Positions 10,698 to 20,295 of a stretch of DNA of 64,000 bases are shown here, in pieces (positions within the stretch are counted from its first letter, which is position 1; each line of letters opens with the position of its first letter). Where the stretch lies: assembly GCA_002010065.2 (NCBI GenBank), contig MTMD02000007.1, positions 13,113 through 77,112 of the forward strand. The letters are read 5' to 3'. Under the pieces are notes generated by a model. It did no database searches, was not told the origin of the DNA, and worked only from the letters and a program-made list of their open reading frames with translations. This DNA is from Candidatus Pyrohabitans jungbluthii (GTDB lineage Archaea; Hydrothermarchaeota; Hydrothermarchaeia; Hydrothermarchaeales; BMS3B). The position numbers and the translations under genes are program-made.

Positions 10698-10862
10698 ATG
10701 GCAATAGACCCTGTGTGTAAAATGGAAGTGGACGAGGCGAGCGCGAAGTGGAAGACCGAGTACAAGGGAAAGACATACTACTTCTGCGCTCCCGGATGCA
10801 AGACCGCATTCGAATCTGACCCAGAGAAGTACCTGAGTGGTGGCGGCGAGCCCCACCACTAG
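10698..10862 (+). CDS. YHS/TRASH domain copper chaperone-like protein
   Basis: MAIDPVCKMEV...YKGKTYYFCAPGCKTAFESDPEKY; ATG 10698 after GGTGG. Confidence 0.9.
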   Translation: MAIDPVCKMEVDEASAKWKTEYKGKTYYFCAPGCKTAFESDPEKYLSGGGEPHH

Positions 10863-10873
10863 TCTTTTATTTT

Positions 10874-11197
10874 TTACACAAGCTTCTCTATCGCCTCTAT
10901 GAACTCCTCCCGTGAGGGAAGCGCGTCTAGCCTCTCAACTTCTTTACCAGCCTTGAAAAATACAAAAGTGGGGACGCTGGTAATTTTGGATCTCTCCACG
11001 AGCGCTGGATTCTCCTCCACATTTACGCGGAAGAAGTTGATTTTCCCGGCGTACTCCCTTGCAATCTCCTCAGCGAGGGGCTCAATCTTCTTGCACGGCG
11101 GGCAGGTAGGCAGAGAGAACCATACCATCGCAGGCTTAGCTGAGCGGAGCACCGCTTCGTCGAACTCTTCCTTGCGTATGAATCTGAACATGCTCAT
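10874..11197 (-). CDS. Thioredoxin family protein
   Basis: CPPC active site and cis-Pro motif SVPTFVFFK. Confidence 0.85.
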   Translation of the reverse strand: MSMFRFIRKEEFDEAVLRSAKPAMVWFSLPTCPPCKKIEPLAEEIAREYAGKINFFRVNVEENPALVERSKITSVPTFVFFKAGKEVERLDALPSREEFIEAIEKLV

Positions 11198-11312
11198 GCT
11201 CTCAGCCTCTTGGTACGGATGGGTTTATAACCGCCACTCAGCTTACGCTGAGTAGCTGGGCGGGGTTACCCGTCTCACGCGTTAGCGTGATAAGGTGACG
11301 AAGAAGGCGCCC

Positions 11313-13766
11313 TTATTTTGCAACCCTCTTAATCTCTGGCACGTAGTTCTTCATCAGCAGGGAGTTGCTAACCACCGAAACGGAGCTCAGCGCCATCGCC
11401 GCAGCCGCCCACTCCGGACGGAAGACTATGCCGAAAAGAATGTAGCCCAGACCAGCGGCGAAGGGGATGAGTATGCTGTTGTAAAACAGCGCCCAGAATA
11501 TATTCTGCTTTATCTTGTTCAGTGTCTTCTCGCTAAGCTGAATCGCGGCAACGACGTCGCGCAGGTCGTCTTTAATGAGCACTATCTCACCGCTCTCTAT
11601 GGCAACGTCAGTACCCGAGCCTATGGCTATGCCCACATCAGCCTGCGCAAGCGCGGGAGCGTCATTTATCCCGTCGCCCACGAAGGCTACTACTTCTCCA
11701 GCCTGCTGGAGGCGTTTAACCTCATTGGCCTTGTCCTGGGGCAAAACCTCAGCCATAACCACATCGATACCCAGCTTCTTTGCTATAGCCTCTGCCGTAC
11801 GCCGATTATCGCCAGTGATCATCGCCACCTTCTTGCCCATGCGATGGAGGTATTCAATCGTTTCGAGGGCGTGCTCCTTTATCTTATCTGCCACTGCGAT
11901 TATGCCTGCTAACGTGCCGTCAATCGCAGCCAGCATCGCTGTCTTTGCCTCGCCCTCAAGCTTTTGGAGCTGCTCTTCTACCTCGGCGCTAATATCTACC
12001 CCGTGCTCCTTCATCAGCGTGCGATTGCCTATAAGCACCTCTCTGCCAGCGACCTTCGCCACGACTCCCTTTCCTGTTATAACCTCAAACTTCTCAGCCT
12101 CGAGAAGCTCCACATTCGCTTCTTTGGCATAGTTTACAATAGCCTGAGCAAGGGGATGCTCCGAGTTCTTCTCTGCACTTGCGACTATGCTCAAAAACTC
12201 CTTCTCGGGCATGCCGAAGGTTAGCACGTCGGTAACCTCTGGCTTGCCCTTCGTGAGTGTGCCCGTCTTGTCGAAGATTACAGTGGTAACCTTTCTTGCC
12301 AGCTCCAGCGCTTCGCCATTGCGTATGAGTATGCCCTGCTCCGCTCCGCGTCCCATGCCGACGGTTAAAGCGGTCGGCGTCGCTAAGCCAAAGGCGCAGG
12401 GGCACGCGATTACCAGCACTGAAATGAGAGATATAAAGGCGAATAGCTCAGGTGGCATTATGCTTACGTTTCCAAAGAACCGCCAGTATATGTAGGAGGC
12501 TATGGCTATTGTAAGCACCACCGGTATGAAATAAGCGACGATTTTGTCGGCAAGGTGCTGTATTGGGGGCTTGCTCGCCTGCGCCTCTTCCACCATCTTT
12601 ATAATCTGCGCCAGAAGCGTGTCCTTGCCCACCTTTGTTGCCCTAAATTTGAGCACACCGTTCTGGTTGAGCGTTGCACCCACCACCTCGTCTCCGGGTT
12701 TTTTCAGGTTGGGGATGGGCTCGCCGGTTATCATGGACTCGTCCACGTAGCTCTCTCCCTCTATCACCACGCCGTCGACGGGTATCTTCTCCCCTGGTTT
12801 CACCACCACGAGGTCGCCAACCTCTACCTCTTCAACCGGCACCTGCATCTCCTTTCCGTCTCTAATCACCGTTGCCGTCTTCGCTTGCAGGCCTATAAGC
12901 TTCTTTATCGCCTCGCTTGTCCTACCCTTCGCTATTGTCTCAAGAAGCCTGCCCAGCATAAGGAAGCTTGCGAGGAGTACCGCCGCCTCGTAGAAAACAT
13001 AACCGCTGGGGAGAAAGCCAAAGGTGGCAAATAAGCTGGATATGTAGGCAGCACCTATACCCATGGCATACATCACATCCATATTTAGTGTGCCATGGGT
13101 TAGTGAGCGATAAGCAGCTACGAATATAGGCTTTGCCACATAGTACATCACCGGCGTGGCAATTATGAACTGAAGCCAGAGAAGGTTGGGAATTTTATCA
13201 AGAGGCAGGCCCAAAAGGTCGCCATAGATAAGCAACAGCAGCACCGCACCCGCGCCGAAGCCTACGAAAACGCGCCTCTTGAGCTCCGCTATGTACTTTT
13301 CTCTGGCCTCGCGCTCAGTGTCACGGGTTTCCTCCTCGGCTAAACCGAGGTATTTGTAGCCCGTCTCCTCTATCGCGTGCCTTATGTCCTCAAGACTTAG
13401 TAAGCCGGCATCGTAGACAACGCGTGCGCTTTCTGTGCCTAGGTTGACGCTCACCTCTTTAACGCCCTCAAGCTTCTTGAGCGCCTTCTCTATCGTGGCG
13501 ACGCACATGGCGCAGGTCATGCCGCCTATCCTTATAATCGCCTCCTTTGTCTCCCTCACCACTCCGTAACCAGTGTCCTCTATCGCCTTGATTATCTGCT
13601 CCAGGGACACCTTCTCAGGGTCATACTTAACCGTCGCGGTCTCTGTGCCAAGGTTCACCGCCGCCTCCTCAACGCCCTCGAGCTTCTTGAGCGCCTTCTC
13701 TATCGTGGCAACGCACATGGCGCAGGTCATGCCCGTGACCTTTATACTAGCCTCCTTAGTAGCCAT
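11313..13766 (-). CDS. copA: Cu(I)-translocating P1B-type ATPase with two HMA domains
   Basis: Two GMTCAMC HMA motifs, [24 protein letters not shown]...P and MALSS. Confidence 0.95.
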   Translation of the reverse strand: MATKEASIKVTGMTCAMCVATIEKALKKLEGVEEAAVNLGTETATVKYDPEKVSLEQIIKAIEDTGYGVVRETKEAIIRIGGMTCAMCVATIEKALKKLEGVKEVSVNLGTESARVVYDAGLLSLEDIRHAIEETGYKYLGLAEEETRDTEREAREKYIAELKRRVFVGFGAGAVLLLLIYGDLLGLPLDKIPNLLWLQFIIATPVMYYVAKPIFVAAYRSLTHGTLNMDVMYAMGIGAAYISSLFATFGFLPSGYVFYEAAVLLASFLMLGRLLETIAKGRTSEAIKKLIGLQAKTATVIRDGKEMQVPVEEVEVGDLVVVKPGEKIPVDGVVIEGESYVDESMITGEPIPNLKKPGDEVVGATLNQNGVLKFRATKVGKDTLLAQIIKMVEEAQASKPPIQHLADKIVAYFIPVVLTIAIASYIYWRFFGNVSIMPPELFAFISLISVLVIACPCAFGLATPTALTVGMGRGAEQGILIRNGEALELARKVTTVIFDKTGTLTKGKPEVTDVLTFGMPEKEFLSIVASAEKNSEHPLAQAIVNYAKEANVELLEAEKFEVITGKGVVAKVAGREVLIGNRTLMKEHGVDISAEVEEQLQKLEGEAKTAMLAAIDGTLAGIIAVADKIKEHALETIEYLHRMGKKVAMITGDNRRTAEAIAKKLGIDVVMAEVLPQDKANEVKRLQQAGEVVAFVGDGINDAPALAQADVGIAIGSGTDVAIESGEIVLIKDDLRDVVAAIQLSEKTLNKIKQNIFWALFYNSILIPFAAGLGYILFGIVFRPEWAAAAMALSSVSVVSNSLLMKNYVPEIKRVAK
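13461..13733. repeat. Intragenic near-identical repeat encoding the two HMA motifs of CopA
   Basis: 13461-13523 and 13671-13733 differ at only 2 of 63 nt (offset 210). Confidence 0.85.
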
Positions 13767-13917
13767 CTTTTATCCTCCATTTTCCGCTGCGAAGCGCAGT
13801 TTCAATCTCCCATATCTGCGTGCGAGTGAGCCCATACTTCTGTATAATCTCATCTTCCTGCACAACCCCAGTGATAAGCTCCACCAGGTCGCGCAGCTTT
13901 AATGTAATTCTCACCAT
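13756..13917 (-). CDS. Small hypothetical protein (53 aa), first gene of copA operon
   Basis: [56 protein letters not shown] is just downstream of the TATA element and the stop overlaps the copA start by 11 nt. Confidence 0.55.
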   Translation of the reverse strand: MVRITLKLRDLVELITGVVQEDEIIQKYGLTRTQIWEIETALRSGKWRIKDGY

Positions 13918-13941
13918 GAAAAAATATGGCGCAGCGTTCAT

Positions 13942-13971
13942 AGATAAACCTTTTTGTTTTCAAAAAGTTAA
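13942..13971 (-). promoter_or_regulatory. Putative CopR operator plus BRE/TATA of the copA operon
   Basis: Minus strand TTAACTTTTTGAAAACAAAAAGGTTTATCT has the same architecture and spacing as 10636-10665. Confidence 0.65.
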
Positions 13972-14127
13972 TCTGCCTCGACGATTTATTATTCATATGA
14001 AACTTGTGGCTTAGACATCTCACAAAATAAAAATTCTGCAAAGCGACCTTTTCAAATTGAAGCGTAGTAAAGTGCGGCAAGTATTAACGAGGTGAAGCTT
14101 CAAGGTTACAATCCCCGAGGTGGTGTT

Positions 14128-14547
14128 ATGGCTGAGCTGAGCGACGAGGAGATAAAGGAGTTGCTTCAAAATGCTAAGACCATAGCTGTGGTGGGTTTTT
14201 CAACCAATCCTGAAAAAGACGCGCATCAGGTGCCTAAAAAGCTTATGGAGCTGGGCTACCGTGTAATCCCCGTGAATCCCTTTGCTGAGGAGATTCTCGG
14301 CGAGCGGTGCTACCCCTCGCTTCGCGAGATTCCGCGCGATGTAAATGTGGATATAGTGGACGTCTTCCGCCCGGCAGAAGAAGTACCGGAGATAGTGGAG
14401 CAGGCGATAGAGATTGGAGCTAAGGCGATATGGCTCCAGCTGGGCATCTCCCACGACGAAGCGGCAAAGCGCGCGAGAGAGGCTGGGCTCAAGGTAATCC
14501 AGAACAGGTGCATAAAGATGGAGCACCTTCGCCTGCTCGGGGAGTAA
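14128..14547 (+). CDS. CoA-binding protein (YccU family)
   Basis: KTIAVVGFSTNPEK, VIPVNP, VDIVDVFRP, WLQLGI, NRCIKMEH. Confidence 0.92.
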   Translation: MAELSDEEIKELLQNAKTIAVVGFSTNPEKDAHQVPKKLMELGYRVIPVNPFAEEILGERCYPSLREIPRDVNVDIVDVFRPAEEVPEIVEQAIEIGAKAIWLQLGISHDEAAKRAREAGLKVIQNRCIKMEHLRLLGE

Positions 14548-14588
14548 ATTGGGTAAAATATTTAATCCACGCAGGAAAAATTGCATCA

Positions 14589-15761
14589 ATGAGCGAAATA
14601 CGTGGAGCAAAGAGTCGAAGACTCTGGGATAAACGCATCGCCCTGTGCGTAACCGGGAGCGCCGCCGCAATCGAGGCACCCCGCCTTGCTCGAGAGCTTC
14701 AGAGGCATGGGGCGAGGGTTAAGGCTTACATGAGTGAGGCAGCTACCAAGATTATTCATCCCTACGCCATGGAGTTCGCCACAGGGAAAAAACCCGTAAC
14801 CGAGATTACAGGTGCCCTTGAGCACCTTGCAGAGTACGATTTAATCCTTATCGCGCCGGCCTCTGCTAATACAATTGCAAAGCTTGCTCACGGTATAGGT
14901 GATACTCCGCCCACGCTTCTCTGCCTATCCTCGCAGGCGAAGCTTCTTCTCGCACCAGCGATGCACCTGGCAATGCATCGCAACCAGGCTGTTAAGGAAA
15001 ATCTTGAGACGCTCAAAAATCGTGGCATAGCCATCGTAGAGCCTATGATTGAAGAGGGTGCCGCCAAGATGGCGCCCATCGCTGAAATCGCTGACTACGC
15101 CATACGTGCGCTCAGCAGCGGGGAGCTTTCTGGTAAGCACGTTGTCGTTACCGCGGGTGCAACCGAGGAAGCAATCGACGCGGTGAGGGTTATAACAAAC
15201 CGCAGCTCGGGTAAAATGGGGCTCGCCTTGGCGAAGGAAGCCTTCTACCGCGGCGCAGATGTGACACTTATCGCGGGAAGGCTGAACGTGGCTCCGCCAA
15301 GATATATCCGTACAGTTAAGGCATTGAGCATAAGCGAGATGCGCGAAGCTGTGGTTGAGGCTGTAAGGGATGCGCACATCTTCATCTCAGCCGCTGCAAT
15401 TGGCGACTTTGTGGTTTCAGACGAGTTTAAAGGCAAGCTGGACTCCACGCGAGAGGTCACGCTTCGCTTAAAGCCAGCGCCCAAGGTGTTAAGAGCGCTT
15501 AGAGAGGAAGGGTTATTCAAAGTCGGCTTTAAGGCGGTTTACGGCGCAACAGAGCAGGAGATGTTAAATGCGGCAAGGCAGATTCTAAAAGAGGCGAACC
15601 TCGACCTCGTCGTGGCCAACGACATTTCCCGTGGCGTATTCGGCTCTGAGGAGAATGAGGTTGTGATAGTAGCTCGTAATGGCGAAGTTGCACTGCCCCG
15701 AATGTCCAAGAGTGAGGTGGCTCAGTACATCTTTGACGAAATTGTAAAGAGGCTTAAATAA
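14589..15761 (+). CDS. coaBC: Phosphopantothenoylcysteine decarboxylase/ligase
   Basis: VTGSAAA, APASANTIAKLAHG, APAMH, TAGATEEAIDAVRVITNRSSGKMG, VGFKA, VVAND. Confidence 0.93.
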   Translation: MSEIRGAKSRRLWDKRIALCVTGSAAAIEAPRLARELQRHGARVKAYMSEAATKIIHPYAMEFATGKKPVTEITGALEHLAEYDLILIAPASANTIAKLAHGIGDTPPTLLCLSSQAKLLLAPAMHLAMHRNQAVKENLETLKNRGIAIVEPMIEEGAAKMAPIAEIADYAIRALSSGELSGKHVVVTAGATEEAIDAVRVITNRSSGKMGLALAKEAFYRGADVTLIAGRLNVAPPRYIRTVKALSISEMREAVVEAVRDAHIFISAAAIGDFVVSDEFKGKLDSTREVTLRLKPAPKVLRALREEGLFKVGFKAVYGATEQEMLNAARQILKEANLDLVVANDISRGVFGSEENEVVIVARNGEVALPRMSKSEVAQYIFDEIVKRLK

Positions 15762-16633
15762 TGCGAGCGAGAGCCTTTGCTCCAGCCCACATCACCGGCT
15801 TTTTTGAGGTTTTCCTCACCGGCGATGCCCTTACCTCGGGCTCCCGGGGCGCGGGCGTGGTGCTGAGCGAGGGCGTGGTAACAGAGGTTGAAGTCACCCC
15901 TGCAAGGGAGAGCAGGATTCACGTAGAGATTAGCGACAGAGCGTGCGAGTGTGAGGTCAGTACACATGTCGCCAGAGCTTTGCTTGGCAGATGCTCAGGT
16001 AATTACGAGGTTCGCATTACACATAAAATCAGCGTACCCCAAAGGCAGGGCTTTGGTACAAGTGGCGCGGGAGCGCTGAGCACAGCGATAGCTCTGAACG
16101 AGGCGCTCAATCTCGAGCTCAGCGCAACAGCACTTGCACAGGTGGCGCATCGCGCTGAGGTGGAGTGTCGCACAGGTTTGGGCGACATAATAGCCCAGTT
16201 TACCGGCGGGCTGGTGGTGCGCACCCGCGCTGGCGCTCCCGGCATAGGTGAGGTTGAGAAGTTTTACTCCAACGCCCGCGTGGCTGTTTTTCTTGTGGGC
16301 AAAGGTATAGAAACAAAGAAAGTGCTCTCGTCTCCTGAGGCTTTATCCAGGATAAACCGCGCGGGCAGAGAATGCGTGGAAGAGCTTCTTAGAGATCCAA
16401 GCCTGCAGCGCTTCGTCTCTCTTTCAAAAAAATTCGCCCTTGCAACGGGGCTCGCGAAGGGGAAGGTCGCGAAAGCAATACTTGAGCTTGAGGAGCATGG
16501 CATCGACGCTGGTATGGCAATGCTGGGCGAGGCGGTCTTTGTTATTTCTGAAAAACCAGAGGAGGTCGTTAACCTTCTGGATTACCCCTGTATAACTGCA
16601 AGAGTAGACAACTGCGGGGCGAGGCTGCTATGA
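15761..16633 (+). CDS. pok: Pantoate kinase (GHMP family)
   Basis: AFAPAHITGFF, GSRGAG, GFGTSGAGAL, AHRAEV...TGLGD, GAPG. Confidence 0.92.
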   Translation: MRARAFAPAHITGFFEVFLTGDALTSGSRGAGVVLSEGVVTEVEVTPARESRIHVEISDRACECEVSTHVARALLGRCSGNYEVRITHKISVPQRQGFGTSGAGALSTAIALNEALNLELSATALAQVAHRAEVECRTGLGDIIAQFTGGLVVRTRAGAPGIGEVEKFYSNARVAVFLVGKGIETKKVLSSPEALSRINRAGRECVEELLRDPSLQRFVSLSKKFALATGLAKGKVAKAILELEEHGIDAGMAMLGEAVFVISEKPEEVVNLLDYPCITARVDNCGARLL

Positions 16634-17217
16634 AGCTGCTCCAGAGCATAAGGAACACATTTCTGGCAGGACTCATTGTATTCATACCGCTCGTTGCCAC
16701 GGTGTATGTGCTGTGGTTTGGGTTTGATTTCTTGGACAGCCTTCTCCGCCCCGTGCTGAAACGCGTACTCGGCGTATATCTCCCAGGCTTCGGCCTGGTT
16801 GCGACGCTGCTCTTAATCTTTGCTCTCGGCGCATTGGCAAGGCTCACCCTGGGAAAGCGCGTAGTCGCGGCGCTTGAACAGGCGATAATGCGTATCCCTC
16901 TGGTAAAGACGGTGTACGCCACGGTGAAGCATGCGAGCGAGGCGCTGATAGACAACAAGGCGAGCGGCTTCAAGGGTGTAGTGCTGGTGGAGTACCCGAG
17001 GCGGGGATGCTACGTAATCGGCTTTACCACGGGCGCGAACATAGAGGAAGTGCAGGAGAAGATAAAGGAAAAGGTGATCAATGTGTTCATTCCCACCGCG
17101 CCTAACCCCACCTCGGGCATGGTGATAATAGTGCCAGAAGATGAGGTGATACCCCTGAAGATGACCGTGGAGGAGGGACTCAAGCTGATAGTCTCTGGAG
17201 GTTTTGTGAGAAAATGA
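16630..17217 (+). CDS. DUF502 membrane protein
   Basis: FLAGL..PL..T, RIPLVKTVY, VEYPRRG, VFIPTAPNPTSG, MTVEEGLKLIVSGG. Confidence 0.9.
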   Translation: MKLLQSIRNTFLAGLIVFIPLVATVYVLWFGFDFLDSLLRPVLKRVLGVYLPGFGLVATLLLIFALGALARLTLGKRVVAALEQAIMRIPLVKTVYATVKHASEALIDNKASGFKGVVLVEYPRRGCYVIGFTTGANIEEVQEKIKEKVINVFIPTAPNPTSGMVIIVPEDEVIPLKMTVEEGLKLIVSGGFVRK

Positions 17218-17960
17218 GCGTACCTCGCGACCATCCGCGCTACCATTCGCTTATGCAGCGGGAGAAGCTTGCAAGGGGATATGAGCAGGGGATTACTGTA
17301 ATAGAGGGGCTTATCGCTCATGGCAGGGGCGAAGCCTTCGACTACCTCATAGGCGAAGCCACCGCTGAGCCAGCTAAAAGAGCGATTCGCGCAGCCGCGG
17401 CAACGCTGCTACTCGCCTCTATGCCAGTGATTTCAGTGAACGGCAACACCGCTGCGCTTTGCCCCGCGCAGCTTGTTCACCTCGCGAGGGTAGCGAATGC
17501 AAAGCTGGAGGTGAACCTCTTCTACCGCTCTCGCGAGAGGGCGCGCAGAATCGCTGCTGTGCTTAAGCAAGCGGGCGCTGAGGAAGTGCTTGGGGTGGAG
17601 CCTGAGGCAGAGATTCCAAACCTGAGCAGTGAGCGCAGGCTGGTGGCGAAGCGGGGCATCTACTCAGCGGACGTTGTGCTTCTCGCAATAGAGGATGGTG
17701 ACCGTACCGAGGCTCTGGTTGAGATGGGGAAGAGGGTTATAGCCATAGATTTAAATCCCCTCTCCAGAACGGCGCAGCGTGCAAGCATAACCATAGTGGA
17801 CGAGGTTACGCGTGCACTTCCATTGCTTACCCAGGAGGTGGAGAAGCTGCGCGGTCTCAGCAAGGCGCAACTCGAGGAACTCGCAAGCTTTGACAACCGC
17901 GCTAACTTAAAGGCTATGCTTAGACACATTACCCAGCGCCTCTCTGAGCTTGAGCCGTAG
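17214..17960 (+). CDS. pps: 4-phosphopantoate--beta-alanine ligase (phosphopantothenate synthetase)
   Basis: HPRYHSL, GLIAHGRGEAFDYLIGE, ISVNGN, EVNLFY, EDGDR, IDLNPLSRT. Confidence 0.93.
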   Translation: MSVPRDHPRYHSLMQREKLARGYEQGITVIEGLIAHGRGEAFDYLIGEATAEPAKRAIRAAAATLLLASMPVISVNGNTAALCPAQLVHLARVANAKLEVNLFYRSRERARRIAAVLKQAGAEEVLGVEPEAEIPNLSSERRLVAKRGIYSADVVLLAIEDGDRTEALVEMGKRVIAIDLNPLSRTAQRASITIVDEVTRALPLLTQEVEKLRGLSKAQLEELASFDNRANLKAMLRHITQRLSELEP

Positions 17961-18002
17961 CATGATGTCTTTTATAAACGTTATCTATCTTGCAAAGAAA
18001 AA

Positions 18003-19580
18003 ATGGATGAGCTTCTCGCACTCGCAGCTAAGGGCGAGGGAGGCAATGTAGAGTTTAAAGAGTACCTCTCGCGCAAAGTGCACCTCTCCCGAGATAGGAG
18101 GCAGAGCTTGGCCTCGCAGCTGAAGTACCGCGCAAATAACGGCTCGGGTAGGGCGGTTTACCTTCTCGGGGTGAGCGACTCAGGCGAAGTTGTGGGGCTT
18201 ACGCAGGAGAGGCTGGAGGAGAGCCTTGAGGTGCTCGAATGCATAGCACGAGACGTTGGCTTCGCCATAACAGAGAAGAAGATTTACAGCATGGACTCCC
18301 GCTACGCTGCGATGCTCACCCTGGAGCGGGCTCGTCTGGAGAAGGAGCACCTGCTTATAGCCACTGCCGGACATGTGGACCATGGGAAGTCCACCCTGGT
18401 GGGTACCCTCGTTTCTGGTGAGCACGATGACGGCTCCGGCAGGACGAGGCGCTATCTGGATACGCAGAAGCACGAGATTGAGCGCGGCTTAAGCGCAGAT
18501 TTAAGCTACGCCGTCTATGGGTTTACCAGCGGAGGCGAGGTTATTCGCCTCAGAAACCCGCTGAGCAGAGAGGAGCGCGCAGGCGTGGTTGCGCGAGCTT
18601 CCAAGCTTGTGAGCTTTGTCGACACCGTTGGACATGAGCCCTGGCTGCGCACTACAATAAGAGGCATAGTGGGGCAGAAGTTGGATTACGGCCTGCTGGT
18701 TATCGCCGCTGACGACGGCATAACCCACATAACCAAGGAGCACCTAGGCATAATGCTGGCGATGGATTTGCCGGTGATCATCGCCATAACCAAGGCAGAC
18801 AGGGCGAAAAACTTGGGAAAGCTTCAGAGCGATATCTCTTCGCTCCTCGCTCTCGTAGGGAGGGTTGCAAAGTTTATCTCCTCACCTCGGGACATAGCCG
18901 AGCTGGGCAACTTCTGGCAAAGCAAGGTACTCGTGCCCGTGGTGGTTACCTCTGCGAAGACCGGAGAGGGACTGGAAATTCTTGACAGGCTTTTCTACTA
19001 CCTTCCCAAGAGGGCTTCTCAGCGAGAGCGCGAGGCGGAGTTCATGATGTACATAGACAAAATTTACAGCGTCGCGGGCGTGGGCACAGTGGTGAGCGGG
19101 AGTGTGAAGCGCGGTATGGTCACGCGCGGGCAGACTCTGTATTTAGGTCCTGACGAAAAAGGGGAGTTTCACAGGGTGAAGGGTTCTTCAATTGAGATAC
19201 ATCATCTCAGCGTCGAAAGCGCAGAGGTTGGCGAGGTGGTGGGTATTGCGATAAAGGGCACCAAGATTAAACCGCGACGCGGCATGGTCTTAACCTCACG
19301 CAAGGATTTGTACGCAGTCAAGAGCTTCCTCGCAGACGTGGTGGTGCTGAACCACCCCACCAGGATAGCTCACGGATATGAGCCTGTGATTCACCTTGAG
19401 ACGATTTCAGAGGCGGTGGTACTCGAGCCTCTGGAGCGGGAGTTCCTCGCCGCAGGGGATAGAGGAAAGGTTAAGGTGACATTTAAATATGCGCCGCACT
19501 TCGTGGAACGGGGGCAGCGCTTTGTTTTCCGCGAAGGGAGAAGCAAGGGCATCGGTGTGGTGACTGAAATTGTGGCGTAG
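18003..19580 (+). CDS. Archaeal GTPBP1-like translational GTPase with N-terminal AlbA-like domain
   Basis: NVEFKE N-domain, GHVDHGKST, HEIERGLS, DTVGHEPWLRTT, TKAD, C-terminal FREGRSKGIG. Confidence 0.88.
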   Translation: MDELLALAAKGEGGNVEFKEYLSRKVHLSRDRRQSLASQLKYRANNGSGRAVYLLGVSDSGEVVGLTQERLEESLEVLECIARDVGFAITEKKIYSMDSRYAAMLTLERARLEKEHLLIATAGHVDHGKSTLVGTLVSGEHDDGSGRTRRYLDTQKHEIERGLSADLSYAVYGFTSGGEVIRLRNPLSREERAGVVARASKLVSFVDTVGHEPWLRTTIRGIVGQKLDYGLLVIAADDGITHITKEHLGIMLAMDLPVIIAITKADRAKNLGKLQSDISSLLALVGRVAKFISSPRDIAELGNFWQSKVLVPVVVTSAKTGEGLEILDRLFYYLPKRASQREREAEFMMYIDKIYSVAGVGTVVSGSVKRGMVTRGQTLYLGPDEKGEFHRVKGSSIEIHHLSVESAEVGEVVGIAIKGTKIKPRRGMVLTSRKDLYAVKSFLADVVVLNHPTRIAHGYEPVIHLETISEAVVLEPLEREFLAAGDRGKVKVTFKYAPHFVERGQRFVFREGRSKGIGVVTEIVA

Positions 19581-19582
19581 GG

Positions 19583-20092
19583 ATGAGGATGAGGCTTATC
19601 GTATACCACGCTAAGCAATGCTCGCCAAAGAAGTGCACAGCTTTAAAGCTCTCCCGTTTTGCGCTGGTCAAGCTGGTGCACAGCGCAAAGGCAATCCCAC
19701 GAAATGCGATTGTGCTCAACCCCTTTGCCGCTAAGCCTCTCTCGCCAGCTGAGGATGCAAATGCCACAACCTTGGTGGCGCTGGATTGCTCCTGGGAGCA
19801 TGCCAAGGAGGTTTTCCGCAGCTATCGCAGCAGAGCCAGGCATCGCTCTTTGCCCCTGCTGGTAGCCGCTAATCCCGTGAACTACGGAAAAATCGCCAAG
19901 CTAAGCACCGTCGAAGCTTTAGCTGCGGCGCTCTACATCCTGGGCGAGCGGGAGCATGCGGAGAAGCTGCTTTCAAAATTTAACTGGGGGCACAGTTTCC
20001 TTGAGCTCAACCGTAGCCTGCTGGAAGACTACGCCAGCGCTTCAAGCATGGAAGCTTTGCTTGAGGTGCAGCGGGAATACTTCGGCGTCTAA
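19583..20092 (+). CDS. tsr3: 16S rRNA aminocarboxypropyltransferase (DUF367)
   Basis: QCSPKKCTALKL, LDCSW, RSLPLLVAANPVNYGK, LSTVEALAAAL, FNWGHSFLELN. Confidence 0.93.
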   Translation: MRMRLIVYHAKQCSPKKCTALKLSRFALVKLVHSAKAIPRNAIVLNPFAAKPLSPAEDANATTLVALDCSWEHAKEVFRSYRSRARHRSLPLLVAANPVNYGKIAKLSTVEALAAALYILGEREHAEKLLSKFNWGHSFLELNRSLLEDYASASSMEALLEVQREYFGV

Positions 20093-20295
20093 GCTTCGCC
20101 GGCTAACCTCGCCTTGAAGGGTCCGGAGAATATCTTCAGGTTGAGAATCTCCTCCTCGGTTATGATTGAAGGGTCGTGAGGTAATAGATACGCTGCACGT
20201 CTTTCCAACATTATCAGAGGCGATAAAGATTGCCGCTCAATCCTTCCGAAGGGATGTAACCAAGATGAGCCGTTGTGTGGAGTGATGGGTACTTT

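Noticed and set aside
14589-15761. CoaBC lacks the bacterial ACG substrate-clamp Cys (PMIEEGAAKMA)
   Set aside because: Known feature of several archaeal CoaBC proteins, so not novel.
20089-20211. 40-codon minus-strand [43 protein letters not shown] after DUF169
   Set aside because: No RBS or recognisable family. It may be a remnant, but support is insufficient.
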